A DNA stretch of 64,000 nucleotides from Malacoraja senta (taxonomy: Eukaryota). The translations under genes and the position numbers were made by a program. The stretch is taken from contig CM075989.1 in NCBI GenBank assembly GCA_038087875.1, positions 5,394,001 through 5,458,000 of the forward strand, in the 5' to 3' direction. Within the stretch, counting starts at the first letter, position 1. The number at the start of each line of letters is the position of its first letter. Shown in pieces: positions 37,685 through 50,114 of this stretch. The notes beneath the pieces are model-generated. The model made no database searches, had not been told where the DNA came from, and saw only the letters and a program-made list of their open reading frames with translations.

Positions 37685-39237
37685 AGCCCTGTCCCACTGT
37701 GCGAGTTCACCCAAGAGCGCTCCCGAGTTTAAAAAAAAATCAAAACTCGTGGTAAGCATGTAGAATGAACGTAGCGGGTACGTCGAAGCTCGGGACGTTT
37801 CTTAGCGCTAACGGCAGGTACTCGGGAAATGTGGTAACTCGTGAAGATTTTTCAACAAGTTGAAAAATGTCCACGAGTAAAATATACCCGGGATGTAAAA
37901 AATAGATACTTTTTAACGTAGTCATACCGTAGTAGCTTGCGAGTTTACCATAGTAGAACCTGGTGTCCTATATCACTATTGTATGTTCATGATGGAAATA
38001 AGAATACTCAGTATATTCATTACCTTTGAATTGTAGTTTTATGTAATCCTCCCATAATTTCTGAGTTCCATTTCACAATATCTATCAGACATACAGAATG
38101 TTGCAAGGTAATATTTTGCCCAAACTCAGTTGTATCTTTCTATCTCAATAAATATCACAAAATATGCCAATGTTTCAGCCACATTATGACAAAATATAGA
38201 ATGTAGGTTATTTGTAATCAGTCACCCCATCCCAGACACAACAGTACTTAAAGAAGAACATTTGTTTTACTCATTTACAAGCATGTACCATACTGTACTT
38301 AGTCCGTTGATCCATATCCAACAAAATGTTGTGTTAATTGCATAAAAGGTATTATTGTCTAAGAAATTTGGTGTGGAATGATAATCCATCTCAGTACTCA
38401 TTTAGGCAAGTCCCAAGCTATAGATACTTTTCCCCCACCCCAATCCCCCCGGTCCGATCTTCATTGAACCTACCATTTGACCAATATTTTACTCCGCTGC
38501 TGTAACGTTTCCTTCCTATCAAAATCTCTGTGTAGCATCTCTGTCCCTATCTTCCAATTCGCACTTTGAAGTAAAATACAACTTTGACTTAAATTTTTTG
38601 CAGCAGGATCGCTATATAAATGCAAATATATGGTATTTTATCCTAGCACCCCCCTCCACACACACACACACACACACTTACCACCACACAAGAAGCGTAA
38701 CTTGAAGCATTTGCATTTGGAGAAGTTCGATACGGACCAGGAATGAAAATTAATAGCTATGAATCGATTAACAGCGAGCTACGAGGTTAGATTGAAACAT
38801 CTGTCAGAGGGCTAAGAAACAATCCTGAGTTGACGGCGTAATGTTTTAATTGAGCATTTTGCAGCAACCCACCTTATATTCTGGTTAAATATTCTTTCCA
38901 CGGAAATCTCCTATTTCACTTTGAAATTATATTCATTTATAACCGTTTGTAACATCAGTAACCACCTTAATGTTCATGCGTTTAGTACTGGGTATGCTTG
39001 AAACAATTTATTGTAATGTACAGTATCTTTAAAAAAACCCAACATCAACTAGGTGAAAAGTACACTGAATCGAACGATGATTGAAAATGCGTGGGAATCG
39101 ACTAATCGCGATCCTGCTGCAAAATTTAAATGTTGTATTTTATTTCAAAGTGCGAATTTGAAGATAGGGACAGATGCTACACAGAGATTTTAAACTCGGG
39201 AGAGCTCTTGGGTGAACTCGCACAGTGGGACAGGGCT
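37685..39237. mobile_element. PIF/Harbinger-like non-autonomous element
   Basis: 50-bp TIRs agccctgtcccactgtgcgagttcacccaagagc... with 1 mismatch; 3-bp TSD tga; inserted in a PLE unit. Confidence 0.85.
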
Positions 39238-39512
39238 TGAGGCAGGATCTATGGACTGAAGGAAATAGCCAACATTTCGGGCCGGGTCTGAAGAATGGTT
39301 TCGACCCAAAACGTTGCATAATTCCTTCGCTCTATAGATGCTACCTCACCCGCTTTCTCCAGCATTTTTGTCTACCGCAAAACGTCAATGATTCCGGGAA
39401 TGCCGAGAGAGCTAGAGAGAGACGAGATGGGGAGCGGGAGAGAGATAGCGTGCGAGAGAGAGAGGGAGAGAGCGAAAGACAGAGAGACACAACGTGGGTC
39501 GGTAGGTAAATT

Positions 39513-39863
39513 GAATAATGGATGGGATTTATATAGCGCCTTTCTAATACTCAAGGTGCTTTACATCGCATTATTCATTCACTCCTCAGTCACACTCGGT
39601 GGTGGTGAGCTACTTCTGTAGCCACAGCTGCCCTGGGGAAGACTGACGGAAGCGTGGCTGCTAATCTGCGCCTACGGCCCCTCCGACCACCACCAATCAC
39701 TCACACACGTTCACACACATTCACACACATTCACACGCAGGCAAAGGTGGGTGAAGTGTCTTGCCCAAGGACACAACGACAGTATGCACTCCAAGCGGGA
39801 TTCGAACCGGCTACCTTCCGGTTGCCAGCCGAACACTTAGCACATTGCGCCATCTGTCGTCCC
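39513..39863 (-). mobile_element. tRNA-derived CORE-type SINE with L2-type tail (distinct from HE1)
   Basis: Head gggacgacagatggcgcaatg...ggttcgaatccc, core gtgtccttgggcaagacactt, tail gtaaagcaccttgagtattagaaaggcgctatataaat. Confidence 0.75.
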
Positions 39864-40281
39864 AGAATGACTAACCTGCTGCACACCTAGAAGCTCACCA
39901 AGAAGAAGCCCTCAAGAATGATGGTGAGTTTTAAGAAATTCTCAATGTGTCATCGATGCATCGATCTACATTCCTCAGTAAATGTAATTGTGTTTTGAGG
40001 AATGTGGATCGATGCATTGATGACACATTGTATAACTACTTGTTAATTACTGGCTGTTAACAAGTGCTACAATAGTAGTTAACAAATCGTTTGTGTCTGA
40101 TGGCCGTGCAGCGGTTGTTATCCATGTTTGTTTTGTTAAAAAATCTGTATGGCGAATGTTTTTTGTTTAATCTTTATTTAACAAAGCAAATTTGTATTTC
40201 CATACGACATACGGAAAATTAACGTGGGGCCCAATTGGGGGAAATCGGTCCAATCAGCTTAAGGCCGGCCCTGTTTGCCCT

Positions 40282-40658
40282 GATGGATGGGCACCGCCCA
40301 TGTCTGCTTTTCGAACAGGCGTTCTTGGAGCAGATGCCCGACGAAGTCCAGCTAATGCTCGCCGGAGCTGATTTGTGCGACCCCACAACAACTCACGGAG
40401 AGAGCTGACGAACTGTGGGCGCACAGGCGGTGGGATGTTTTCGCTTTCGCCCACCCCCTGGTCACACAATGGGTGCAGCTGAGCCGACATCGAGGAGAGG
40501 AAGAGGAAGCCCAGCCCAGCGCCGAAGAAGAATCGTCGTAGCCAGTGGTCTACAGCCAATGCAGATGGTGCTACTACTACCAACGATACGGACGCAAAGC
40601 CCGAAGATGTCAGAGCCCCTGCTCATTTCCGGGAAATGCCCCGGCCGATCGTCCATAG
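40282..40658 (+). pseudogene. gag: Gypsy gag, C-terminal part (frameshifted)
   Basis: In frame with the left part after removing the hAT and one TSD copy: MLALMDGHRPCLLFEQAFLEQMP...; then WCYYYQRYGRKARRCQSPCSFPGN and TAG at 40656-40658. Confidence 0.8.
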
Positions 40659-40676
40659 AGGCGAACGTGATCGGCC
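40631..40676 (+). promoter_or_regulatory. Predicted -1 programmed ribosomal frameshift signal (gag-pol)
   Basis: G_GGA_AAT heptamer in gag phase, 5-nt spacer, stem ggccgatc/gatcggcc; pol lies in the -1 frame. Confidence 0.7.
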
Positions 40677-42221
40677 CCAACGAGCGCCTCTACGTCCGCG
40701 ATCGCCATTCCGGCCACCGTTTCCTGGTGGACTCCGGTGCCCATGCCAGTATCCTGCCTCCGAGGGCCTGGGATATTTGCGCTGGTAAGGTAGGACTCGT
40801 CCTCTCGGCCGTTAACGGGAGCGATATTCGCACTTACGGCACGTGGACCGCGAACCTAAATTTCGACTCCCGCCAGTACAGATGGAATTTTATCGTTGCT
40901 GACGTCGCCCAACCGATCCTGGGGGCCGATTTCTTGCACGCGTTCTCCCTGTTAGTCGATGTGCGAGGTGGACGCATGGTCCCTGTGTCGGACCCATGCC
41001 CTGCCAAGCTGCGCAACCCGTCAACGCCCCTACAGCAACTCGACGAGGTAGCTGAGATCCAGCAACCTTTCGCAGCCCTGCTCGCCGACTTCCCTGGGTT
41101 GCTCACGCCCCGGTTCGATGGGGCCGTGCCCCGTCATGGCGTGGTCCACCACATTCCCACCGAGGGACCAACGGTACACGCCCGCGCGCGCCGTCTCCCG
41201 CCCGATAAACTGCGCATCGCACGAGACAAGTTCCAACTTATGGAGGACCTAGGGATCGTCTGGCGGTGGGATAGCCCCTGGGCTTCCCCGCTGCACATGG
41301 TGCCCAAAGCGTCCGGGGGTTGGAGACCTTGCGGTGATTACAGGCGTTTGAACGCGGTAACCATAGCCGATCGGTACCCAGTCCCGTACATCCAGGATTT
41401 CTCGGCCCATCTGGAAGGTGTGACTTTCTTCTCGAAGGTTGACCTCATCCACGGGTATAATCAAATCCCGGTCCACCCCGGCAACGTCCCTAAAACGGCC
41501 ATCATTACCCCTTTCGGCCTTTTCGAATGGCTCAGAATGCCTTTTGGCTTGAAGAACGCTGCTCATGCGTTCCAAAGGTTAATGGATCAGGTCGGCCGGG
41601 GTTTGCCGTTCATTTTCATCTACCTGGATGATATCCTGGTAGCCAGCAGCTCGCAGGCAGAGCATGCCAGGCACCTCCGCCTACTTTTCGAACGGCTGCG
41701 CAAACACGGGTTGGTGATCAATCCTGCGAAGTGCCAGTTCGGATTGCGCTCCATTTCTTTCTTAGGTCATAGCATCACCTCCCACGGTGCGCAGCCACTG
41801 CCCGAGAAAGTTGACGCTATCCATTGCTTCCCGAGGGCCCTATCGGTCAAGGGTCTACAGGAGTTTATCGGGATGATTAACATCTATCACCGATTCGTCC
41901 CGTCAGCAGCCGCCATCATGCTGCCGTTGTTCCAAAGCCTGGCCGGTAAGCCCAAAGACCTGGTCTGGTCTAAGGAGGCACAGAAGGCGTTCGAGGGGAC
42001 TAAAACCGCATTGGCCAACGCCACTATGCTGGAACACCCTAGGGCGTCAGCCCAAACGGCCCACACCGTAGACGCTTCCGACATCGCGGTAGGCGCCGTC
42101 CTCGAGCAGCGTGTAGGTAGTCGCTGGGTTCCGCTGGCATTTTTCAGCAGGCAGCTGCGAGTCCCCGAAGTTAAGTATAGCGCTTTCGACCGGGAGCTCC
42201 TCGCACTTTACCTAGCGATCC
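40631..42221 (+). pseudogene. pol: Gypsy pol: aspartic protease, reverse transcriptase, truncated RNase H
   Basis: FLVDSGA; SPWASPLHMVPK...GDYRRLN; YLDD; VDASD...YSAFDRELLALYLAI, then the RNase H C-terminus is missing (part of ORF 40415-42343). Confidence 0.92.
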
Positions 42222-43265
42222 TTATGGAGGACCTAGATATCGCACAGGCGTGCAAGTCCTTTGCGATATCTCCACGGGCAAAGCCCGTCCTATTGTCCCG
42301 GTCGCTTGGCGGCGGCGGATTTTCGACACCATCCACAGCCTAGCGCACCCGTCCATTCGCACCACCTCTGCCTTGGTCACGGCGAAGTTCGTCTGGCACG
42401 GGTTAAGGAAGCAGGTCACAGCATGGGCCCGTTCCTGCATCCCATGCCAGACCTCCAAAGTGCAGAGACGTGCACCCGCCGGTCCAGGATTTCGCCGTCC
42501 CAGACGGCAGGTTCCTGCACATCCATGTTGACCTGGTAGGTCCCTTGCCGTGTTCCCGCGGGGCTACCCACTTACTGACCATCGTGGACAGGTTTACCAG
42601 GTGGGCGGAGACAATACCGTTAACGGATACCTGCGCTGAAGCATGCGCGAGGGTCATTGTCTCCAATTGGATCGCTCGTTGCGGGGTCCCCTCAGATATT
42701 ACTACCGATCGTGGGGCCCAGTTCACGTCCTCCCTGTGGTGTGGTATGGCGCAGCTATATGGCGCGAAGCTGCATCAGACCACCGCTTATCACCCAGAGT
42801 CCAACGGGTTGGTTGAGCGTTTCAACAGGCACCTCAAGTCGGCGTTAAAAGCTTGACTCACCAGCTCAGATTGGATCGACCAGTTACCTTGGGTCCTCCT
42901 GGGCATCAGAACAACGCCTAAGGAGGACCTCAAAGCCTCCTCGGCCAAGTTGGTTAATGGCTCGGTTTTGAGAGTTCCCGAAGATTTCTTGCCTGACCCC
43001 CAGGACCAAGAGATCCCGGCTTCAGCGTTGTTAGCGGACCTTCGGGAGCGGGCGTGCTCTTTGGTCCCGGTTCCCACTTCCCGGCATGGTTCGTCTTCGG
43101 TGCATGCGCCTACTATGTTACGGGATTGTGCTTATGTACAGCGGGTGTACGAGGGTCCGTACAAGGTGTTCAGTACTGGTGTCTCGACGTTCAGGTTGGA
43201 CATGGGTGGCAAAGAGGAGTTCGTCTCAGTGAGCCGCCTTAAGCCAGCACACGTCGACGAGGACT
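42222..43265 (+). pseudogene. Gypsy integrase (frameshifted, internal stop)
   Basis: HHCC motif HSLAHP...CIPC; core HVDLVGPLP...VDRFTRW...TDRGAQFTS...AYHPESNGLVERF; C-terminal YEGPYKV...VSVSRLKPAH. Confidence 0.88.
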
Positions 43266-43510
43266 GTGGCTACTCCACGGCGTGGAGGACGTCCACCAGC
43301 CGTTTTACCGCCCTCTGCACCTGTTACCCCCGGTCGCTTTTCTCCGGTCCCCTTTGTTACGCCCGTCCCTCGTTCGCGTTTTTCGCGCCCCTCCGGTCCT
43401 GTTTTACCGTTCCCTACTGTTATGCTCGCCCCGCGACCTCAGACTATGCGTTCCGGTCGAACCGTCCGTTTACCCGTGCTTTTCCATACCGCGGATTCTG
43501 GGGGGGGCCA

Positions 43511-43737
43511 TGTATCAGCGCCTGCTGGCGTACACAGAGATCGAACCCGGCGTTCGGAAGCCGTGGTCATGTGACTCAGGAGGGGCCGCTTGTTTCGCGC
43601 GTTTTTCACTTGCGCGCGTTAGCTCAGTGCTGACCATCGTTGTGGGCAGACGTGTCTGAAGAACCTGTATACTGGAAATCGAACTTGTGAATAAAGATTT
43701 GTTGAAAACTCCAGTAGTCGTTTCTCAGACCACTAAA
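43511..43737 (+). repeat. 3' LTR
   Basis: Preceded by a G-run PPT; direct repeat of 34471-34697. Confidence 0.92.
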
Positions 43738-44033
43738 TTAGTTTAGTTTACCTCTGTTCATAAGATAGCATATTGCATGGAACTCTTTGACAATCATTAC
43801 CACATTCAAATTCTGAAGGTCTGATTTGTTTTGTAATATTAACATGCACACAACTCAGTTGTCGCAACTATCTCATTCCATAACTTGAAGTATCATTTTA
43901 TTTTTGTTTCAATTGCTTATCTTCAAATCTTCCTTCAAGATTTGGCTGAACGAACGTCCCCATGTTCAGTCTTTTATGCATTAGGATCTCAGCAGAAGTA
44001 GTACCTGTCATGATATGTGATATGATCATAGAC

Positions 44034-44331
44034 TTTAGAGATACAACGCAGAAACAGGCCCTTTGGCCACCAATTCGGGGCGACCGGTGGTCACCCTGTA
44101 CACCAGCACTATTCTATACACTAGGAACAATTTACAATTTTACCCAAGCTAATTAGCCTACAAACCTATGCGTCTTTGGAGTGCGGGAGGAAACTGGAGC
44201 ATCCAGAGAAAATCCATGTGGTCACGGGGAGAACGTAGAAACTACATTCAGACAGCACCGGTAGTCAGGACAGAACCCAGGTCTCAGGCGCTGTAAGGCA
44301 GCAACTCTACCGCTGCGCCACCATGCTGCCC
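44034..44331 (-). mobile_element. HE1-like SINE
   Basis: Reverse complement of head, V-domain and tail. Confidence 0.85.
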
Positions 44332-45399
44332 CAACCGCACAGAGTTGAGTCAAAGGTTTGCCGAACCTGAGCACCTTTCTAACACTTGCACTTCGTCAAC
44401 AATTCTCACTGATCCAAGATGGCTTCCAACACCTTTGTGCTGGTCACAAAGTGGATCTGCGATCACGCATTCCAATCGCTCCATTCTTTTAAACCTCTAC
44501 TCCAACAGCAGCATTTCTTACTTTAAATATGATCTTCTTAATCTCCTCTCAGGTCTGTCAGTTCTCCGACTCTTGGACTAGCTTTGATGGGACTTTACTG
44601 GCTTGATCTTGCACTGAACGCTATTCCCGTTATTCCCCTTATCATGTGTCTGTACACTGCGGAGGACTCTATTGTAATCCTGTATTGCCTTTCCGCTGAC
44701 TGGTTAGCACGCAACAGAAGTTTTTCACTGTACCTCGGTACAAGTGACAATAAACGAAACTAACCTAAACTCAATGACCTCTCAGCTGCACCATCTGACA
44801 TGGAATGACATGGTGAAATAGGTGTTTACGTTGGTTCATGATGACCTCAAGTAAAAATGAGCAAAACAAGTCGACTTTCAGAGAATGACTCTTCTGGTAA
44901 GCCAGAACAACACGTCCCGTTCAATCATTCATTTTGTGATGATACACCATCCAACATTTAGCGAGACTAACTGTAAGTACCAAGAAGTTATTGGTCCCTT
45001 TCTCGTGTTCATCAATGCATACTCTTTGGAAAGTCATTCGTTTTTTTCCAATGCAATAAAAATTTCTTTTCTTACACAATTATATCCATTTTGCCTTTGA
45101 CTGGTTGCAATCCATTTGCATCTATCTCTAGACCAAAATAACTCCTCTTTGTACACACAAGCATATGAATGGACACTTGCTCCTTTTGAGCTTCACACTG
45201 TGCTTGTGTGATTGCCCCAAACACTTCTAGTATTCAAGGATTCTTTTCTTTTATGGCCATTAGGTCATGGTTTTCTTTTAACAGACAGCAAACTATATTG
45301 GCCAGAAAGTTTCAGAAGGGATAAGAGTCTAAGGTCAGTTTGAGAAGAGTGGTTGTGAATACTGAACTAAAGGCAAGAGTCAAGAGTGTTATACTTGAA

Positions 45400-46020
45400 T
45401 GTGTTATATTTGAATGCACGTAGTATACTGAGCAAAGTGGATGAGCTGTTAGCGCAGTTAGAACTTGATCGGTACGATATTGTGGGCATCACGGCAAGGT
45501 GGCTGAAATGATCAGAGCTGGGAGCTGAACATCCAAGGTTACTATATTATCGAAAAAAACGGGCATGTGGGCAGAGGGGGTGGGGTGGCTCTGTTGGTAA
45601 GGAATGAATTTCAATCCTTGGCAAGGGAATGACGCAAGCTCAGGGCAACACAGTGGCGAGGTGGTAGAGTTGCTGCCTCACAGGGCCAGAGATCCAGGTT
45701 CGATCCTGACTATGGGTGCTGTCTGTACGGAGTTTGTACGTTCTCCCTGTGAAGGCGTGGACTTTCTTTGGGAGCGCCGGTTTCCACCTACATCCCACAG
45801 ACGTGCAGGTTTGATGGTTAATTGGCTTCTGTAAATTGTCCCTAGGGAGTAGAGTGGAACTAGTGTACGGGTGAGCACTGGTCGGCATGGACTTTCTGGG
45901 CTGAAGGGCCTCTTTCCATGCTGTAACTCTAAACTAGAACTAAATTAAAACTTATCTAGAATCCTTGTGGGTAGAGTGAAGAAACTGTAAGGGGAAAAAG
46001 ACCCTGGTGGGAGTGATTGT
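45400..46020 (+). mobile_element. CR1 APE-endonuclease fragment split by an HE1-like SINE (45643-45950)
   Basis: LNARSILSKVDELLAQLELDRYDIVGITARWLK...RGGGVALLV; SINE motifs inside. Confidence 0.7.
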
Positions 46021-46540
46021 GTATTTGCAGCTGAGGTGTGGGGATGTAACAGAAACACTGATGTCTACATCTACTCACTGGGGTCTACAAACATAGCACC
46101 ATTAGATGGACTTTCCCTCTGAACTAGACAATTGATGATTTAGCTATCCTGGGAAATAGGTTCTGATTTTCTCCCCTGTCTGTGCCTCTCATAATTGTAT
46201 ACACTTCTGTCATGTCTGCCTGCAACCTCCTGCAAACGTACTCCAAGACTGTTCATCGTCTCCCTGTAGATAATGCCCTCTAGTCCAGGTATCATTCTGG
46301 CATGGGCTTTGCAAGCTCTCGTTGTGACAGTGTCCGCCCGTATCCCAAAGATACATGGGTTGGTAGGTTAACTGGTCGTGGTAAATTGTTCCTAATGTGC
46401 ACTTGAGTGATAGAATAGAGTCATAGAGTTAAAGAGTTATACAGCATGGAAACAGGCCCTTCAGCCCAGTTTGCCCCATCTACACTATTCCCACATACCC
46501 ACGTTTGGCCCAAGTCCCATTAAACCTTTCCTGTCCATGT

Positions 46541-47222
46541 CAGAATACAGAATCGGAATACCATTTATTGTCATTTGAACCTAAGTTCAAACGAAATTAC
46601 GTTTCTGCAGTCATACAAACAAGAAAATAAACAAACACACAATTAACACAATTTACATAAACATCCATCACAGTGAATCTCCAAACACCTCCTCACTGTG
46701 ATGGAAGACAAAGTCATATAGGCAGGCAGATCACTGCGATGTAAAGCCCCGCTCCGGATCGCCTTAACCCCGCGATTCGGGCGGGAGAAGTTGCCGTTGC
46801 GGGAGCTCCGAAAAGCGGTCTCCCACCAGGGACCCGCAAGCTCCCGATGTCACCGTCCACAGGGCCTGCAGCTGGAGCCTCCGAAGCTCCGAAGTCGGGT
46901 CGCAGCCGCGCGCCACCACAGCTCTCCATGCTCCGAAGTCGGCCAGCTCCGCGATGGTGAGGCCGCAGGCTCCACGACTGGAGCCCTCAGGTCGTTCCGG
47001 TTGGAGGCCACTCCATGGTGCTAGGCCCCAACGATAACGGAGACCCGACAGGGAAAGGTCGGGTCCCCGTACAGGGAAGAGATTTAAACGTTTCCCCCAC
47101 CCCCCCACATATACACAGCTAAAAATAATGTATAAACTACAACCAAAACATACACTTAACAGTACAAAAAGAAAAAAAAGACAGACGGACTGCAGAGGCC
47201 ACTGTCGCGAGGCACCACCATC
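46541..47222 (-). mobile_element. Non-autonomous retroelement with Rex-type tail, inserted in a CR1 fragment
   Basis: Shares layout and hairpin (46664-46705) with 33432-34129; CR1 sequence flanks it at 46420-46540 and 47225-47620. Confidence 0.6.
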
Positions 47223-47750
47223 TTGTACCTGTCCATATGTCTTTTAGAGGTTGTTATTTTACCTGCCTTAACTACCTCATCTGGTAGCTCATTCTATATA
47301 CCTACTGCACCACCCTCTGGGTGAAAAAGTTGCTCCTCTGGTTCCTATTAAATCTTTTCCATCACATATTAAACTTCTGCTTCCTGGTTCTTGATCCCCA
47401 ACTGGTTGAAAGACTCTCCCTATCTATTCCCCTTATCACTTTTATACCTAAATAAGATCACTCCTCAGCCTCCTGCGCTCCAAGGAATAATGTTCTATCC
47501 TGTCTAACTTCTCCCTATAGCTCAGCCCCTCAAGTCTTGGCAACTTCCTTGTAGATCTTCTCTGCACTCTTTTGAGCTGAACGACATCCCTATGAGAGTA
47601 GGGTGACCAAAGCTGAATGCAATCTGCAGGAGTTGCTGGGTATATGCGGAGAATAAAATGGGATTAGTGTAGGGTTAGTATAAGTAGGTCTTAGATGGTT
47701 GGTGCGGACTCAGTGGCTGAAAGTCCTGTTAGCATTGAGGATAATGATAA

Positions 47751-48078
47751 TTTTAGTTTTAGTTTAGTTTGGTTTAGAGATACAGTGCAGAAACAGGCCC
47801 TTCGGCCCACTTAGTCTGCACCGACCAGCGATCCCCACACATTAACACTACCCTACACTCGGGACAATTTTTACATTTTATACCAAGCCAATTAACCTAC
47901 AAATCTGTACGTCTTTGGCGTGTGGGGGTAAACCAAAGTTCTCGGAGAAAACCCACGCAGGTGGTGGGGAGAAGGTACAAACTCCCTACAGCCAGGCACC
48001 CGCAGCCGGGATCGAACCCGGGTCTCTGGCGTTGCAAGCGCCGTGGGGCAGCAACTTTACCGCTGCGCCGCGCTGCCG
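47751..48078 (-). mobile_element. HE1-like SINE
   Basis: Reverse complement of head, V-domain and tail. Confidence 0.85.
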
Positions 48079-48519
48079 CAGATTTAGCGTAAGGCTGGCT
48101 GTCCAAACGACTTTGAGATTAGAGGCTCAACAACCAATGGGGGGAAGAGTGCGTCAGGCTGGCTCCCTGCGCTGGAAGCAAACTCACTCGCCGCGGACAG
48201 AACAGGCTCCACATTTAACTGCAACACCACAGCTTTCTCCTTTTCAGAGAAGAGCTCTGATTTTCCAGTAATACTGTTGACAGAAAGCTCTCTGTGCCCC
48301 GTTCCAGCCTGGAATGTGCCAGATTTTAACATTATCAAATAGGGTTTATTTTAAAAGCTGCACCACCCTGAGGAAATACTGAGCAGGAGACACAGGGAGA
48401 TAGTGTATCAGTTCATAGAAGGGCGTCATTCCAATTTTCCTTCTGAGAATAAAGACGCGGATATGAGGATTCTGAGGATAATGGATAATGACACCCCCGT
48501 TCAGTCCCCCTCGGCCTAC

Positions 48520-49295
48520 GTGATCTCCCGGTTGCTCAACACTTTAACCCCCCTCCCATTCCTACACTGACCTTTCTGTCCTGGGCCTCCTCCACTGTCA
48601 GAGTGAGGCCAAAGGCAAATTGGAGGAACAGCACCTCATATTTCGCTTAGGCAGCTTACATCCCAGTGGTATGAATATTGATTTCTCTAACTTCCTTTCC
48701 CTCTCTCTCCTTCTCTCCTCCACCCTAGTTCTCCGACTAGTTTTACTGTCCTCCTGATTAAATATTACTGATTGTATGCCCCGTTGTCACCTTCCCCTCA
48801 GCCAACAATGAACCATTCTACATTTCCTTATCAGCATCGGCTTTGATCGGTCATTTTCACACCGTACCCTTCCACATCTAAAAACCACCCCTCCCCTGAC
48901 TCTCAGTCTGAAGAAGGGTCCCGACCCAAAACGTCACCCATCCAGAACCAGGGGTCCACAGTTTAAGAATAAGAGGTAAGCCATTTAGAACTGAGACGAG
49001 GAAACACTTTTTCTCACAGAGAGTTGTGAGTCTGTGGAATTCTCTGCCTCAGAGGGAGGTGGAGGCAGGTTCTCTGGATACTTTCAAGAGAGAGCTGGAT
49101 AGGGCTCTTAAAGATAGCAGAGTCAGGGGATATGGGGAGAAGGCAGGAACTGGGTACTGATTGGGGATGATCAGCCATGATCACATTGAATGGCGGTGCT
49201 GGCTCGAAGGGCCGAATGGCCTACTCTTGTACCTATTGTCTATTGTCTATTATCTGCCTGTCCCGCTGAGTTACCCCAGCATTTTGTGTCTATTT
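48520..49295 (+). mobile_element. Penelope-like 3' remnant interrupted by a CR1 3' fragment (about 48945-49252)
   Basis: GIY-YIG C-terminal LGLLHCQSEAKGKLEEQHLIFRLGSLHPSGMNIDFSNF; terminal repeat ctgaagaagggtcccgacccaaaacgtc. Confidence 0.75.
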
Positions 49296-50114
49296 TCCAC
49301 GCTTGCTGGGAGATGGATTCCATAACCACCAGAAGAGGGCCAGTACTGTAGTACATTGCCCAGGAGGTCGTCCAACACTACAGTAAATCCTGTTGAGTTC
49401 ATGGACTACCCACAATGAAGTCTGCTTTAGTTCCACACTGGCCACCTCCTTCATCTGGGTGATTATTGTGCTCTTCGTGATCTTCGTGCAGTGCAGCCTG
49501 GGACTCGAGTGGATCGGACGCCGCTCCAAGAGCTCGAGCATGTGGACCAGACGCGGCCTGTAGTGGCACAGAGTGGCGGAGCTGCGGTGGAGGACGCCTA
49601 CAACTTTGCTTGGCCAGGCCGACCCTGCAATGCTGCCAGGACAATGGGCCTCAATTGCCAGTTGCACAGTGCAACTTTTACCTTAGAAATGGATAGGCCA
49701 GGTTTGGTGGGCCAAACGGGACTAGTGCAGATGGGACATGTTGGCCGGTGTTGGAAAAGTTTGGCCGAATGGCCTGTTTCCACGCTGTAGAACTCTAAAA
49801 ACCTGGCAACTCTTATATATTGTCTCAGTGAACTATTTCTACACACTTTCTACTTAATCTAAAATTTGTGCTTATATGTGGTAATACTTTAATGTACTGT
49901 ACGCAAAAATAAAGACGTTCACTGTCCCTCGGAACATGTGGTAATAAAGAACCATCAAACCTTATTTAAACATTGAATTCTTTATCCAGTGACATAAGAA
50001 GTCAATTATATTATTGTTTCCCAGATGGTCATCAGTAAATTCCATTCAGATCAAGGTTTGGACTTTAAAGAACTGATACAACAGTATTGTTTCTGTCACT
50101 GAACCAGTGGATAA

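Larger units (their letters stand above)
35113..40273. mobile_element. Large non-autonomous hAT (Tip100/MER45-like TIR) element with nested cargo
   Basis: TIRs cagggccggcctta / taaggccggccctg; 8-bp TSD ttggccct (35105-35112) vs tttgccct (40274-40281); subterminal ggggcccaattggg at both ends; no transposase ORF. Confidence 0.88.
34471..43737 (+). mobile_element. Ty3/Gypsy LTR retrotransposon (defective, with nested hAT insertion)
   Basis: 227-bp LTRs, PBS, G-rich PPT at 43500-43507, domain order gag-PR-RT-RH-IN. Confidence 0.95.

Noticed and set aside
40415..40630. N-terminal 72 codons of the 642-aa ORF as the pol start
   Set aside because: They overlap gag in another frame; pol homology begins only after the slippery site.
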